A stretch of DNA of 64,000 nucleotides from the human T2T-CHM13v2.0 reference genome, Homo sapiens, in assembly GCF_009914755.1 (NCBI RefSeq), contig NC_060933.1, one strand, 5' to 3'. A program made the position numbers and the translations under genes. Of the stretch, positions 30,459-51,720 are shown piece after piece. Numbering within the stretch: position 1 is the stretch's first letter; the number at the start of each line of letters is the position of its first letter. Below the pieces are notes generated by a model. It had not been told where the DNA came from. It ran no database searches and worked only from the letters and a program-made list of their open reading frames with translations.

Positions 30459-32175
30459 GCTACCCAAAGTGTTTTACAGATTTAATGCAATTTCTATAAA
30501 CATTCACATTGTTTTTGCAGAAGTGGAAAAACCAACTTTGAAATTCATGAGAAATGCAAGAGGCCTCAAAGAGCCACAATAATATTGGAAAAGAAAACCA
30601 GTTTAAAACTTACACTTACCCATTTTGAAACTTATTACGAAGCTACAGTAATGAAAACAGTGTAGTATTAACATCAAGTAGACATAGACCAATGAAATAG
30701 AATTGGGAGTTCAGAAATAAATCCACACATCTATGGTCAGTTAATTTTCAATGAGGGTGCCAGGACTATTTGAAGGGCAAAAGAATAGTCTCTTCAACAA
30801 ATGGTGCTGGAACAACTGTATTTTCACATGCGAAAGAATGAAATTGTGCCCCGTCTAACTCTATATCACAAATATTAACTCAAAATGGGTCAATGACAAA
30901 ACTTAAGAGCTAAAAGCATAACACTTTTAGAAGAAAACATACTGGTACATTTTCATGATGTTGGATTTGACAACAGATTCTTAGGCATGATACCAAATCG
31001 TAAACAACAAAAGAAAAAATTGATAAATTTGACTTCATTAAAATTAAAAACTTTTGTGCATCAAAAGACATAATCAAGAAAGTGTGAAGACAACCTACAG
31101 AATGGGAGAAAATATTTGCAAATCATATATTTGAATACTAAACTTTTAGCATTCAGAGTGTATAAAAAACTCTTACAACTCAATAACTAAATGACAAAAT
31201 CTTTTTAATGGGCAGAAGATTTGAATAGATATTTCCTCAAAGAAGACATACAAATGGCTGGTAAACATATGAAAAGATGCCCCGCCCCACCTCATTAGTC
31301 ACCAGGGAAATGCAAATTAAAATCACAAAGAGATACCACTATATACTTTGTAGAATGACTAAAACAAACAAGCAAACAAACAAAATTCCAAGTGCTGCTA
31401 AGGATGTCAATCAACTAGAGCAGTCATAGATTGCTGGTGGAATGCAAACCTATACAACTACTTTGGAAATAAAGCTTCAATTTCTTATAAATTTAAAACT
31501 ATATGACCCAACTATTCCACTTCTGGGTATTTACTCAAGAGAAATGTGAACATACGTCCACACAAAGAGTTGTACTTTAATGTTCATATCACCTTTATTT
31601 GTACTAGGTACAAAATTGGAAACAACCTAAACTTATCAAATGTTGAATTGATAAACAAGTTGTGATAACATCCATAAATGGAATACTACTCAGCAACCAG
31701 AAGGAATGAACAATGAAGACATATAACAACATAAATAAATCTCAGAAGTATTACACTGAGTGAAAGAAGCCAGACACAATAGGCTACATATTGTAATATT
31801 CTACTTATCTGTGATTCTGAAAAAGGCAAATCTATAGTGATCAAACCAAATCAGTGGTTGCCAGGAAATGGGAGTGAATTAAGTGCAAATGGTGATAAAA
31901 AAAATTTTTGGGGTGATGGAAGTATTCTATATAATGATTGCGGTGGTGGTTACATAGATGAATCCATTTGTCTAAATTCATCAAACCATATGTTTAAAAT
32001 GGCTACTTAAAAAAATTGACATTTAATCATTTTACATATCACAGGGTACATAGCAATGCTTTGATACATACAATATGTAGTGATCAGATAAGGATAATTA
32101 GGATATCCATCATTGCAAACATAAATGGCTATAATTTATTGATGTAAGTTATAGCTCAATAAAGCTACATTTGAA
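30459..32175 (+). mobile_element. Old L1M ORF2 and 3' end, with a short minus-strand L1MA tail at ~32010-32122
   Basis: Continues ORF2 from 14127; ends ctcaataaagct; the inner fragment is flanked by aaatggcta on both sides. Confidence 0.8.
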
Positions 32176-32194
32176 ATCCACACCCAAAGTCAGT

Positions 32195-32720
32195 TCCATT
32201 AGGGCCATCCCACTGCTGCCACCCTGGAATCTGCCCAGACAATAGCATTTACCTCCTCCCTGGAGCCTCCTATTGTCCATTCTCTACTCAGCAGCCAGAG
32301 GGTCCTTCCACACTCCAGAGTAGCCAAATAGATCCTCATAAACAGAAATCATATCTCATAACTTCCCCACAGCAGATTCCTGTTTCATTTAGGAGAAAAC
32401 CCACACTCTTCTGTGGCCACCAGAGTCTCTGCTGACCTCCGGCCTTACCTCCCTCCACTTTCCTGCTCTCTCCCTGCCCTCCAGCTAAACTGGCCAAGCT
32501 TACTCTTGCTTCAGACCCTTGACATGCCATCTTCTAGCCACACATTTCACCCTGGCCTCTGTCCCTCACCTCATAGCTCAGCCTAGCTAATGCCACTTTC
32601 CAGACTCTTAAGGTGACATTTCCTAAGCTTCACTTGTTTGTGAAATTTCCTAAGCTTCACTTATCTGTGAAATTTCTTCTTGATTTTTACCATATCAGCA
32701 TACTGTCTGCACTATCATTT
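32195..32720 (+). mobile_element. L2 fragment (right part of the split L2)
   Basis: ccatcccactgctgccaccctg...tccattctctactcagcagccagagggtcctt is L2 sequence downstream of the 3370-3575 segment. Confidence 0.7.
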
Positions 32721-32815
32721 TGTGAAATTTTATTTACCCTTACTCCACTTTTATTTAAATAAGTACACTTCAAGAAAGAGTTAGAATATAGGGGCAGGTA
32801 AAAGTGAAAAGATAA

Positions 32816-33240
<425 letters not shown>

Positions 33241-33449
33241 TAATGATATGAGCCATTTAACTGTTTTAAATTTGCAAACACCTTAGAATAGAGCCTCAAA
33301 ATACATAAAGCCAAAATTGACAAAAAGAAAATAGATAAATCCACAGTCATCACAGAATATTTTGACACATCTCCCTTGGTAACTGATGGAGCAAGTATAA
33401 AGTATCTGTAAGGATATACAGGATTTTAAAAAATGGGTAAAATAGTTTT

Positions 33450-33775
33450 ACTTGTGAGATCAATGAGTCCTACTCTGTCTTTACTTTGGTGAGTCATTTG
33501 ACAAAGCTTTTGTGAATAACCTGATAAAATGAATAAATGTAAGTAGTATGAGTCCAAAGTTAGGAAGATTTCAGTGACTAAAGCAACTCAAAGAGCTAGC
33601 ACTAAAAACTTGTTCTTGGTTCCATCCCTATTTCATTTAAATCATATATAACTACCAGTGAAGATAAAATCAGATTCAAAATTTTCTTAATAGTTTGAAA
33701 CATTCGTCAAATGATTTGAAATGAAGTCTGTGAGATAATAGCTTAATTGGTATGAAGGCAAAGTCTTGTATATTG
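33450..33775 (+). mobile_element. L3/CR1 RT fragment
   Basis: catttgacaaag, gattcaaaattttcttaatag and gcaaagtcttgtatatt resemble CR1/L3 ORF2; highly diverged. Confidence 0.5.
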
Positions 33776-34229
33776 CTTTTTTGGTGTGAACATAGCTTAA
33801 CATTTAAAAAATTGAGAGACATATGTATATATAAAAGTGCACAACTTGATTAATTTGTACTTCTTGTACACCCATGAACTAGGGCATCGAATAGTTCCAG
33901 CACCCTGGAAAGCTCCCTTGTGCCTCTTCTGAGTCAATATCCTTCCGCAGAGAGGTGACCAATATTCTGCCTTCTATTATCATTGATAACAGTTGTCTGT
34001 TCTTAAACATGATATAAACGGAATCATACATACATACCTATATATAAACACATATTCATGTATATGTGCATACATATATATGTATGTATCTCTATCTGTC
34101 ATCTCTCCATCATCTATTTATTTATCTATTGTCTATCATCTAGCCATATTTCTCTCTATGTGTAAATGTATGTATCTACCTATGTAGCTCTCATTTATCT
34201 AAAGGAAAATAGATTGCACTCATAAAAAG

Positions 34230-36040
<1,811 letters not shown>

Positions 36041-36044
36041 GGTT

Positions 36045-36785
36045 GCAGTTAGATGCCGTCTTGCATTTCATCCTCAAAACATTTCTGTCCCCCAGAGCTC
36101 AGAAGTCTCCTTGATTCACCCTTTTGCAATCCACCAGCTAACTCTGAAGCCTCTGCCTTCAGATACACCTACAGTCTGCCCCCTTCTTGCATGCACTTCT
36201 TGGCCATGGGGCTGAGCCCCCACAGTCCCTCTTGGACTGTCACACTTCCCCCTTGAGGCCTCCCTTTCCCATTTGTACCTCCACAGTCAGGCCCCACCCT
36301 CCTCTGCTCGCAGCCTTCTGGCAGCTTCCAGGGACCTCACCTGAACGTCCATGGCCCTGACTCATCTCCTTCCTCCACCGCCTCCACCATGGGCCTTCTT
36401 CACTTCTCAGTCTCATGCCTGCCCCCCTTCTGCCCTTTGCCCTTGCTGTCCCCTCTGTTCATCCTGTGGATTTCTCCCTCACTGGCCACAAGACGGTTCA
36501 AATGCTTCCTCTCACTGAGGCCTACCTGAGGTCACCTGACTGAAACTGCCAGGCTCCATGCCAGCCCTCACTACTCCTGTCTTCCTCTCCTGAGCTCCTA
36601 GACCTCTGACAGATATAAAGTTTACTTTACACTGTGCTAACTGTGGTCTTCTGTGCTGAGGCATTAACTCAACAAGGGCTTGGTCTGCTTTAGTTCCACC
36701 ATATCCACAGCGTGCAGCACAGGGCTGGCTTTGGGTGTTGAATAAATATTTGCTAAATGAATGAAGGATGGAAGGAATAACATGG
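36045..36785 (+). mobile_element. L2 3' region
   Basis: ctttgcccttgctgtcccctctg and the terminal aataaatatttgctaaatgaatgaa. Confidence 0.75.
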
Positions 36786-36845
36786 GTGGGGGACTATCAT
36801 AACTGATTTGAAGAAGAAGAAACTGAAGCTCAAAGATATCCCAGG

Positions 36846-37210
36846 TGTCTTAGTGTGTTTGGGCTGCTATAACAAAATATCATAAACTGGGTGGTTTATA
36901 AGCAATAGAAATTTACTGTTCACAATTCTAGAGGCTGGAAAGTCCAAGACTAATATGCTGGCAAGTTTAATATCTGGTGAGGGCTCGTCTACTGGTTCAT
37001 AGATGGCATCTTCTCTCTTTGTCCTTACCTGGTGGCGGGGAAGAGGGAGGTCCTGGGACCTCTTTTATGCCAGCACTAATACTATTCATAATGGCTCCAC
37101 CCTCATGACCTAATCACCTCTCGAAGATCTTACCTCTTACAGTATTGCGTTGGGGGTTAGGATTTCAACAGATGAGTTTTGAGGAGAAAACAAACATTGA
37201 GACCATAGCA
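36846..37210 (-). mobile_element. MLT1A/A0-like solo LTR inserted in a MIR
   Basis: tgtcttagt...gaccatagca termini; exact TSD ccagg at 36841 and 37211. Confidence 0.88.
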
Positions 37211-37489
37211 CCAGGTCATACTGCTTTGGACTAAGAGAACTAACTCTCAGCAAGTTAGAGTTAGAGAGGCCATTAGAAATGTTGGTTCCCTATCCCCTTA
37301 CTGCCCCATGGTTATCTCTGGAAAATGCTGAGGCACAGGACAGGCAGCATTTTGTCCAGATTCACATGGCAAACCAGGCCAAAGGCTCCCCTTTGAGCAA
37401 GAGGAAGTATCAGCACCACAACCTCACGCCTGCCTGCTGCTACTGAGGCAGATCCCAATCTACTACCAGGTCACAGGCACTCCTGTGGA

Positions 37490-38482
37490 AGAAGTGAAAA
37501 ACATGCAGGAATAGGTGGATAAGCAGAGAGGTACAAGAAAGAACCAAAATGAAATACTATTAATAAAAACACTGTAACAGAAATGAAGAATGCCCTTAAT
37601 GGCCTGGCCATTACACTGGACACAACCAAGGAAAGAATTAATGGGTTTCAAGATAAGTGAATAGACACTACCCCAACTGAAATGAAAAAAAAATCTTTGG
37701 GATAATTTCAGAAGGTATAACATATGTATAATTGGAACACCAGGAGAAAGGAAAACAGGGCATAAAAATATATTTGAAGTAATAATGGCCAAGAACTTTA
37801 TAAGTTAAAGACAGACAACAAATGACACATTCAGAGGGCTAAGAGAACAATGAGCAGCATAAATACCAAAGAAACTACACCTAGGCATATTTATGTATTC
37901 AAATTGCAAAAAATCAAAGACAAAGAGAAAATTCTGAAAGAAGCTAGAGGTGAGAAAATTACCCTTTCTATAGACGAGAACAAAGATAAGAATTACATCA
38001 GACTTCTCATTAGAAACCATATAAATAAGAAGGGAAATAATATTTAGTTTTGAAAGAAAAAAAAATTTCACCAACCTAGAATTCTGTATCCACCAAAATC
38101 ATTCTTCAAAACTGAAAGAGAAGCAGCAAACAAAAAGTGCTTCCATGGGTGAATGGATAAATAAATTGTGGTACATCTGGACAATGGAATATTATTCAGT
38201 GCTAAAAAGAAATGAGCTATCAAGTCACAAAAAGACATGGAGGATCCTTAAATGCATATTGCTAAGTGAAAGAAGCCAGTCTAATAAGTCTACATATTAT
38301 ATGAGTGCAACTGTAGGACATTCTGGCAAAGGCAAAATCATGAAGATAGTAGAAAGAACAGTGATTGGCAGGGGTTCAGCAGAAGAAGGATGAATATGCA
38401 GAGCACAGAGGATTAATAATAATGAATCAAGATTGGTTCATTACTTGTAACAAATGTACTGGCCAATGCAAGATGTTAATAA
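37490..38482 (+). mobile_element. L1M ORF1 fragment plus L1MC 3' end (resumes 41126-41245)
   Basis: ORF1-like TPRHIYVFKLQKIKDKEKILK (37850-38047); ORF2 end 38145-38393. Confidence 0.78.
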
Positions 38483-41125
<2,643 letters not shown>

Positions 41126-41249
41126 CAATAGAGGGACCTGTGTGTGTTGGGGCAAGCGGGGCAAAGGAGAACTCTCTGTACTGTATGTTCAATTTTTCTG
41201 TAAACATAAAACTTCTCTAAAAAATAAAGTCGATTTTTAAAAAGTAATG

Positions 41250-44095
41250 CAGAAATCAGACAACCAGTGAAATGTTTGGGTCAGGAGTTGGGTTTGTTTT
41301 CTAAAAGTGATAGAGTTATCTTTGGCAAGCGGAGGTGATGAACACTTAGCTGATACTAACTACGTGACTATCTTGACTTTATTAAAGTATTTTCATTTTT
41401 GTAGAAATCTTTTCGTGTGTGTGTGTGTGTGTGTAGATGTAGAAACTTGGATCTACATAAATAATGAGAGAGAGAGTCAGAGAAGGAATAAAGGTAAAAT
41501 AAAAATCTTTTTCTATTCTTCATTAATCCAAAATGCAACTGTCTTTTAAAAGTATTATTATTTTGTTTAAAGCATCATTATTTTAGTAAAAATGTACTGA
41601 GTGATTATAACTTATGGATAAGTGAAATCAATGGCAGCAGTGTCACAAGAGATGGGAAGTAGTAATTAAGAATACTCTGTTATAAGGTACCTGCATTAAA
41701 TGTGAAACAGAAGAGTGTTGTTTGAAGGTAGACTTAAATTAGTTAAAAATGTATATTACAACCTCTAGGACAAGCACTAAAAACTTTAAAAGGAAGTACA
41801 ATGGGTACACCAAGAGAGAAAGTAGAGTGGAATCATAAAATACTCAATTAGAACAAGAAAAGGCTGAAAAGGAGCCTCTAGTAAGAATGAAAACAGTTAT
41901 AAACATGGTTGATATTAATCCAAATATATCCATAATCACTTTAAATGTGAAGGGCATAGGTACACCAGTGAAAAACAGATTGTCAGAGTGGATAAAATAC
42001 AAGACCCAATTATATATGGTATACAAGGAACACACTTTAATAATAATGATTCTCATAAATTAAAAGTAAAGTGATGGAGAAAGATATACCATGCTAACAT
42101 TAATTTTTAAAACATGAAATAGCTATGTTTATTTCAGGTATAGAAGACCTCACAGCAAGAAAAATTATTAGGGATAAAGAAATACTAAATAATGATGAAG
42201 TTAATTATCCAAGAAAACTTAACTATCCTAAACATGTATGCACATAACATCAGATAATTAAAATACATGAGGCAAAAACTTATAGAACTGCAAGGAGAAA
42301 TAGACAAATCCACTACATAGTGGAGTCTTCAACACTGGATCAAAAAGGCAGAAACAATAAGCATGTACTTGATCTGAACAGTATTATTAAACAAGTGGAT
42401 ATAACTGGCATTTATAGAATGCTCTATCCAACAATGGCATAATGCATATCCTTCTCAATCTTACATATAACACTAATCAAATTAAACCACACTCTGAGCC
42501 ACAAAATATAGCTTAAAAAGTTTAAAAGATAGAAATCACATGAAGTATGTTCTGGGACCTCAATAGAAGTAAAACATATGTCAATAATGGAGAGATTGAT
42601 AAAAAAAATCCCCAATATTTGGAAATTAAATGACAAATTTCCAAATTACATATGGGTCCAAAAAAGTCTCAAGAAAACTTTAAAATATTTTGAACTAATA
42701 AAAATAAAAATGTCTGAGATGCAGCAAAAGGGAAATTTACAGTATTAAATCAGTTATTAAAAAAGGAGGCTCTAAAATAAGTAACCTAAACTTCTACCTT
42801 AGTAAAATAAAGAAATAAAAATAACCGAAACCTAGAACAAATGAAGAAAAGAAATGATAAAAATTAGAGGAGAAATAAATAAAACTGAAAATAGGAAAAC
42901 GATAGAGAAATCAATGAAACTGAAAGCTTCACTGGCTCTTTGAAAATAAAAATAATATTGATAAATCTTTAACCAAGCTAATCAAGAAAAAAACAGAGAA
43001 GACTCAAATTAGCAATATTAGAAATAAAAGAGGGGCCATCGCTACTGATCCCACAAATTTTAAGAGCATAATAAAGAAATACGAAGAACAATTCTTTGCC
43101 CACAAATTTGATAACCTAGGTGAAATGGGCCAATGTCTTAAAAGACACAATCTGCCAAAACTCATGCAAGAAGAAATAGACAATCTGAATTGAGTGAAGA
43201 ATTGATAACCTTCCAAAACAGAAAGCATCAGGTGCAGATGGGTTCACTGGTGAATTCTACCAAACAATTAATGAAGAAATTATACCAATTCTATATAATT
43301 CTTCAAAAAAATATATGAGGACAAAATACTTCCTAACTAATTCTACAAGGTCAGCATTTACCCTAATACTAAAACAAGACAAAGACATTACAAGAAAGAA
43401 AAACGACAGACCAATATCTTTCATAAATTTAGATGCAAACATTCTTAACAACATATTAGCAAATCAAATCTAACAATGTATAAAAAGTGACCAAGTGGGA
43501 TTTGTTCCAGAAATGCAAGGCTGGTTCAACTTAAAAAAAAAACACACACAAGAACAGAAAACCAAATACCATGTGTTCTCACTTATAAGTGAGAGCTAAA
43601 CATTGGGTACTCATGGACATAAAGATGGCAACAATAGACACTGGACACTGTTAGAGTGGGGAGGAAGAGAAGAAGTCAAGGGTTGAAAACCTAACTGTTG
43701 GGTACTAAGCTCCCTGCTTGGGTGATGGGATCATTCATACCTCAAACCGTCACATGTATGCTGTGAATCTAAAATAAACATTGAGATTAAAATCAATCAA
43801 TCAATCAATATGACCCACTATATCAACAAACTAAAAAAGAAAAATCGTGTTTATATTATTGATGCAGAAAAAGCATTTGACAAAACCAATACCCACTGAT
43901 GATATTAAAAAGAAAAACTTCTCAGCCAACTAGGAATAGAGGGGAACTCTCTCAATTAGATAAAGAATATATGCAAAAAACTGACAGCCAACATCATGCT
44001 TAATGGTAAGAAACTGGATGCTTTCCACCTAAGACTGGGATTCACATTACTTTATTTCAGGACTTACTATGAGGCTATAGTAATAAAAAATCATG
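41250..44095 (+). mobile_element. Old L1M inter-ORF/ORF2 region with an L1PB/L1MA-type 3' fragment at ~43545-43790
   Basis: Endonuclease and RT remnants (taaatgtgaagggc..., gatgcagaaaaagcatttgacaaa). Confidence 0.8.
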
Positions 44096-44812
44096 TGTAA
44101 TGGTTTAAATTATGTGTCAACTTGACTGGATAATGGAGTGTTCAGATATTTGGTCAAATATTCTGAGTGTTTCTGTGAGGGTGTTTTTGGATGAGATTAA
44201 CATTTAAATTAGTAGACAGAGTAAAGCAGATTGCCTTCCCTAGTGTGGCTGGGCCTCATCCAATCAGTTGAAGGCCTGAATAGAACAAAAAGGCTGAGCC
44301 TCCCCCAAGTAAAACAGAATTCTTTCTGCCTGCCTGCCTTTGACTGAGACATCAGATTTTTCCTGCCTTTGTACTTATTCTGAAACATTGGCTCTTTCCA
44401 AGTCTCAAGCCTGAGAGCCTCTGGACAGGAACTACACCATCAGCTCTCTTAGTTCTCAGGCATTTGAGCTCAGGGTTTGGGACTCAGACAGGAACAAAGC
44501 CATAGGCTCTGTTGGGTCTCCAGCTTGCAGTGTGACCCAGATCTTGGGACTTCAGATTTTAGGATTTACCTGCCCTCATAATCTCATGAACCAACTCCTT
44601 ATTAGAAAGCTCTTTTTATATGCCTATCTCCTATTGGTTCTGTTTTTCTGAAGAACCCTGACTAATACAGATTTTGGTGCTGAAAGTGGTTCTAAGTGGG
44701 GCAGAATTTTAAGGATGAGTTTTCCTGAATTTGTTCTGGGGTTTCTAGAATAGGCTTTCTAATCTGAATACATTTAAAATGCTAGTGACTCTATTTGTAG
44801 TAGCAGAAAGAA
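44096..44812 (+). mobile_element. MLT2 (ERVL) LTR plus start of ERVL internal region
   Basis: tgtgtcaacttgactgg...gaaccctgactaataca (to ~44669), then leader gattttggtgctgaaagtggttct. Confidence 0.85.
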
Positions 44813-44814
44813 CC

Positions 44815-47304
44815 CTCCCAGAAACTAAATTTCTTGTTACCTTGATCATGAACTTCCTAGCCTCCAGAATTGTGAGGAAATAAGCATCTGTTGTTTAAGC
44901 TGCTCAGTCTGTGACATTTTGTGATGGCAGCCCAAGGAGACTAATACAGATTTTGATATCAAGAAGTGGAGTGTTGCCGTAACAAATACTAAAAAATGTA
45001 AAGTGACTTTGGAACTTGGTAGAGGATGAAAGAGTTTTGAAGTGCATGCCAGAAAAAAAGCCTAGATTGTCTTGAAGGGTCTACTGGTAGAAATATGGAC
45101 ATTAAATGTGCTTCTGGTGATATTACAGATGGAATGAGGAACATACTATTGAAACTGGAAGAAAGCCAACCCTTGTTATCAAATGACAAGGAACTTAACT
45201 GAATCATGTTCTAGTGTTATTATAGGACCACCAGGTTCATATGCCCACTGTGCAGTAACAGACCAATAAATGAAGACAGCAGGGTTCACGGTAGAGAAGG
45301 AGTTGAATGCTTTCAGGACAAGGAGATGGGAAGACATCCTCAAATCCATTTCTGTGAGGAGTTCTGGGCTGGGATTTTAAAGGGGATCATGGAGGGCAAG
45401 GGGCTAGAAATTGGGTTTTTTGATGGGTTGCAGGAAACAGCATTCTTTAGTGAGTCAGCTCCTGCAGGGTTGTTCAGACCAGTTGACATCTGTAGTTTCA
45501 CTAGTATGCAGGACCAGAAAGAGTACTTCACATGGAAAATGTAATGTTTCACAATGTTCAAGTTATTAGCTATGGAGCACTTACGGGCATCTATTATTCT
45601 GTGACAGGATCTATGTGATTCTGAGGCAACAGGCACCAAACAACTATGCAGAAGTGGCCCAGAGAGCAGGGTGACCTAATGACTAATGTTGGATGTGCCA
45701 CAAGCTTAATTTGTTCTCATTTCTCCCCCTCCTTTCTTTCCTGATTAATTTTATAATGTTCACAGGGACAGTTTTAGTGTTTTGTGGAAGGTAGAACATG
45801 CAAATGATGAAACTGGATATTTAGCTGAGGAGATTTCTAAGCGAAGTTGATGGTACAGCCTGGCGTCTCCTTACTTCTTATAGTAAAATGTGAGAGGACA
45901 GAGATAAAGTGAGAGAAGCATTAAGCAAAATGGAAGTAGAACTTAAAATTTTTTTAAAAACTTCTCAGCCTATCCATATTGCAAAAAATGAAAAACTTTT
46001 TCTGAAGACAACACTAGAGGTGTGGCTGGAAAATCCTTTCATAAGGAGATTGCCCATGGAGTTAACCAACCATCTCAGCAGAAGCCAGGAGTAGAGATGA
46101 GATTATTCCAGCACAGACACTGCCATCTTGGACCAAGGGGAACAGAGACAGGATGAAATGAAGGAAAGCCTTCAGAATTCTGGGACCGAACAGGATGGGA
46201 TGACAAAGCTGTTTGGCTGTGAACATGCTTTATCCCTTAAGACAAAGGAAGAATGGCCCTGAAGGTGATTCATAGGCCATCTGGACTGCCACTCTTACCA
46301 CAGGCCCAGGGAGCAAGACTGCTTCCTACTTGGTTTCAGAGGGTGAGGGTCCTTTCCTCAGCTGCAGCAGGCCAGGCTGTCCCACCAGTGCCTCGGTGGC
46401 AGGACTGGCAAAGAGCCATGGGGGCAGAGCGGGCACACAGAGCCAAGAGGGCAGGGTCATGGCTGACATCCTTTCGGGTGATGCTGCTGTGCCAGTGAGC
46501 CCAGAGGCAGAGCATCCAGCCAAAGGGGATTATTCTGGAGGCTTAAGAGCTAATGGAATTACCCTTGCTAGGTTTTGGACTTTCTTGGGACCCCTCACCT
46601 CTTTCTTTCTCCTAATTCTCCCTTTTGGAATATATATATCCTATGGATGGCCCGCTATTGTATCTTGGAAGCACACCACTTGTCTGGTTTCACAGGCTCA
46701 AAGCCAGAGAGGAATTTTGCCCCAGGATGAGTACCTCAAGTGTCACCCACACTTGATTGAGCAGATTTTTAGGCGAGACTTTGAACTTGGAATGACGTCA
46801 GAACGTGTTGAGAATTTGGGAGCTGTTGGAATTAGGTGACTGTATTTCGCATGTGAGAAGGACATGAATTTTGGAGCCAAAAGGCAGAATATTATGGACT
46901 GCATTGTATTTCCCCGCTCCAAATTAATATATTGAAGCCCTAACCCCCAGTGTGGACTATATCTGGAGATAGGGCCTTTACAGTGGTAAGTAAAGGCCCC
47001 ATCTCCAAATAGGAGATGAGTTCCTAAGGGTGGAGCCCTAGTCTGATCAGGCCTGTGTCCTTATAAGAAGAGGAAGAACAACCAGAGGTCTCACTTTCTC
47101 TCTTTCTACATGCACAGAGAAGAGGCCACGTGAGGACACAGTGAAAGGTGGCCATCTACAAGCAAGGAAGAGAGGCTTTCAGAAAAATATAACTCTAACA
47201 GCACCTTGATCTTTTACTTCAGAACTGTCAAAAAAATACGTTTTTGTTGTTTAAACCACTTACTCTGTGTTATTTTGTTATGGAAGCCCTAGCAAACTAA
47301 TACC
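44815..47304 (+). mobile_element. MLT1 (MLT1A-like) element: partial 5' LTR, internal region, 3' LTR
   Basis: LTR tail ends gactaataca at 44948; MLT1 internal motifs (gatatttagctgaggagatttctaagc); 3' LTR ~46890-47304. Confidence 0.82.
45216..45776 (-). mobile_element. MER31/MER67-like ERV1 solo LTR within the MLT1 internal region
   Basis: caggttcatatgcccactgtgcagtaacagaccaata and cctcaaatccatttc; host sequence ...tagtgtt appears on both sides. Confidence 0.65.
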
Positions 47305-47359
47305 ATGTAGCATTGGTAAAAGAATGGACACACAGATTAGTGGAACAGAATAGAAAGTC

Positions 47360-47655
47360 GCAGGGCGCGGTGGTTCACGCCTGTAATCCCAGCACTTTGG
47401 GAGGCCGAGGCAGGTGGATCACGAGGTCAGGAGATGGAGACCATCCTGGCTAACACGGTGAAACCCCGTCTCTACTAAAAATACGAAAAATTAGCCAGGC
47501 GCAGTGGCGGGCGCCTGTAGTCCCAGCTACTCGGGAGGGTGAGGCAGGAGAATGGTGTGAACCAGGAGGCGGAGCTTGCAGTGAGCCGAGATAGCACCCC
47601 TGCACTCCAGCCTGGGTGAAAGAGTGAGACTCCGTCACACACACACACACACAAA
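47360..47655 (+). mobile_element. AluY with (CA)n tail
   Basis: gagaccatcctggctaacacggtg; TSD aacagaatagaaagtc on both sides. Confidence 0.95.
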
Positions 47656-48769
47656 AACAGAATAGAAAGTCCAGCAATAGGCCCACACAAATATAGTTAA
47701 CTGATCACTGGCAAATGAACAAGGCAATTCAAGGGAGAAAGCATAGTCTTTCAATATATGTTGCTGAACAGTTGGTCATCCATACGGAAGAATAAAAAGA
47801 ATTTAGACACTCAGACTTGATACAAATATTAATTCAAAATAGATCATAGACTTACAAGTAAAATGCAAAACTACATAACTTCTTGAAGAAAACAAAGGAG
47901 AAAATCTACATAATCTTTAGTTTGGTGATATTTTTATGTAGAATACCAATAACACATTCCATAATAACAGATAAATTGAACTTTATTAAAATTAACCACC
48001 ACTACTCTGTGAAAGACACTGTTAACAGACTGAAAAGAAAAAACAGGGCATAGACTTGGAGAAATATATGCAAAACACGTATCTGATCAAAGACTTGTAT
48101 CCAAAACATACAAAAAATTCTTAAAACTCAATAATAAAAAACCAAACAACCCAATTTAAAAATGGGCAAAAGATCTAAGCAGATACCCCACCAGACAAGA
48201 TATACAGATGGTAAATAAGTATATGACAAGATGCTCAACATATGTCATTAGAAAATTGCAAATTTAAGCAACAATGAGATGCTACTGCATACGTACCAGA
48301 ATGGCTAAGCAAAAACAAAACCTGCCAATACCAACTGCTGGTGAGGATGCAGAGCCACAGGGACCCTCCTTCATTGCTGGTGGAAGTGCAAAATGGCACA
48401 GTTGTTTCAGATATTTGGCAGTTTCTTATACAACTAAACATACTCTTGCCATATGATCCAGCAATCACACTCCCAGGTTTTAACCAAATGAAAGAAAAAC
48501 TTCTATCTACACAAAAACTTGTATGTGAATGGTTATAGCAGCTTTATTTGTAATAACCCAAAGCTGAAAGCAATCAAGATGCCCTTTAACAAATGAGTGG
48601 ATAAACAACTGGCACATGCACACACTGGAATATGAAAAAAAGGAAGAAAGAAGTGAGCTGTCAAGCTGTGAAAAGACAAGGATGACTCTTGAATGCGTAC
48701 TGCAAAGTCGAAGAGGCTAGCCTGAAAAACATTATAAACTGTGTTATTTCAATTATACGAAAACTTAGA

Positions 48770-50992
<2,223 letters not shown>

Positions 50993-51654
50993 AAGAAATT
51001 TCGGAAAATGCAAACCTTAGAAACAGATCAGTGGGTTTCCAGGAGGTTGAGAGATGTGGGGATTATTGGGTGAAGCACAGGAGATATTTTAGGGGAGTAA
51101 AACTTACGTATGGGATACTACACTGGTGAATATAAGATATTAAGCTTTGTCCAAACCCATAGAACTTTAACACCACAAAGCCTCAATGCATGTAAATTAA
51201 GAAAAATAATGTAATAGTTTGGGTAATCCCTGGATGAGTGCAGAATGTGACAAAAGAAGCTCAACATATTAAAAATATATAAAGCAACCTCACTGAAAGA
51301 GTGGCATAAGTAAATAACTTTGGAAATGAATAGAAACTGTAAGACTAAAGGAAATGGAAAAGAGCATTAAGAGCAAAATGAGGAATCTGTATTAAATACA
51401 GGCTCTCGTATTTTAATATGTTATTATCAATAAGAGTTTTGATACACTAATTATGACAAATACAGCATACTAATGTAAGATGTTTGTCATAGGAAAAACT
51501 GAGTGTGAGATATATGAGAACACTCTGCGTTATCATCACCGTAACTCTGGTCTAAAATTAAAGGTTAACTTAAAAATTAATTGAGCATACATAAAAATAC
51601 ATATAAAATATATGTAATTATATATAATTACACATTTTTAAACATACTAAATGT

Positions 51655-51665
51655 GGTTATATATA

Positions 51666-51712
<47 letters not shown>

Positions 51713-51720
51713 GTATATAA
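51655..51720. repeat. (TA)n/(TG)n compound microsatellite
   Basis: Seen directly next to an Alu tail. Confidence 0.85.

Noticed and set aside
46330-46839. 169-aa ORF
   Set aside because: Lies within diverged MLT1 internal sequence, with no support beyond chance openness.
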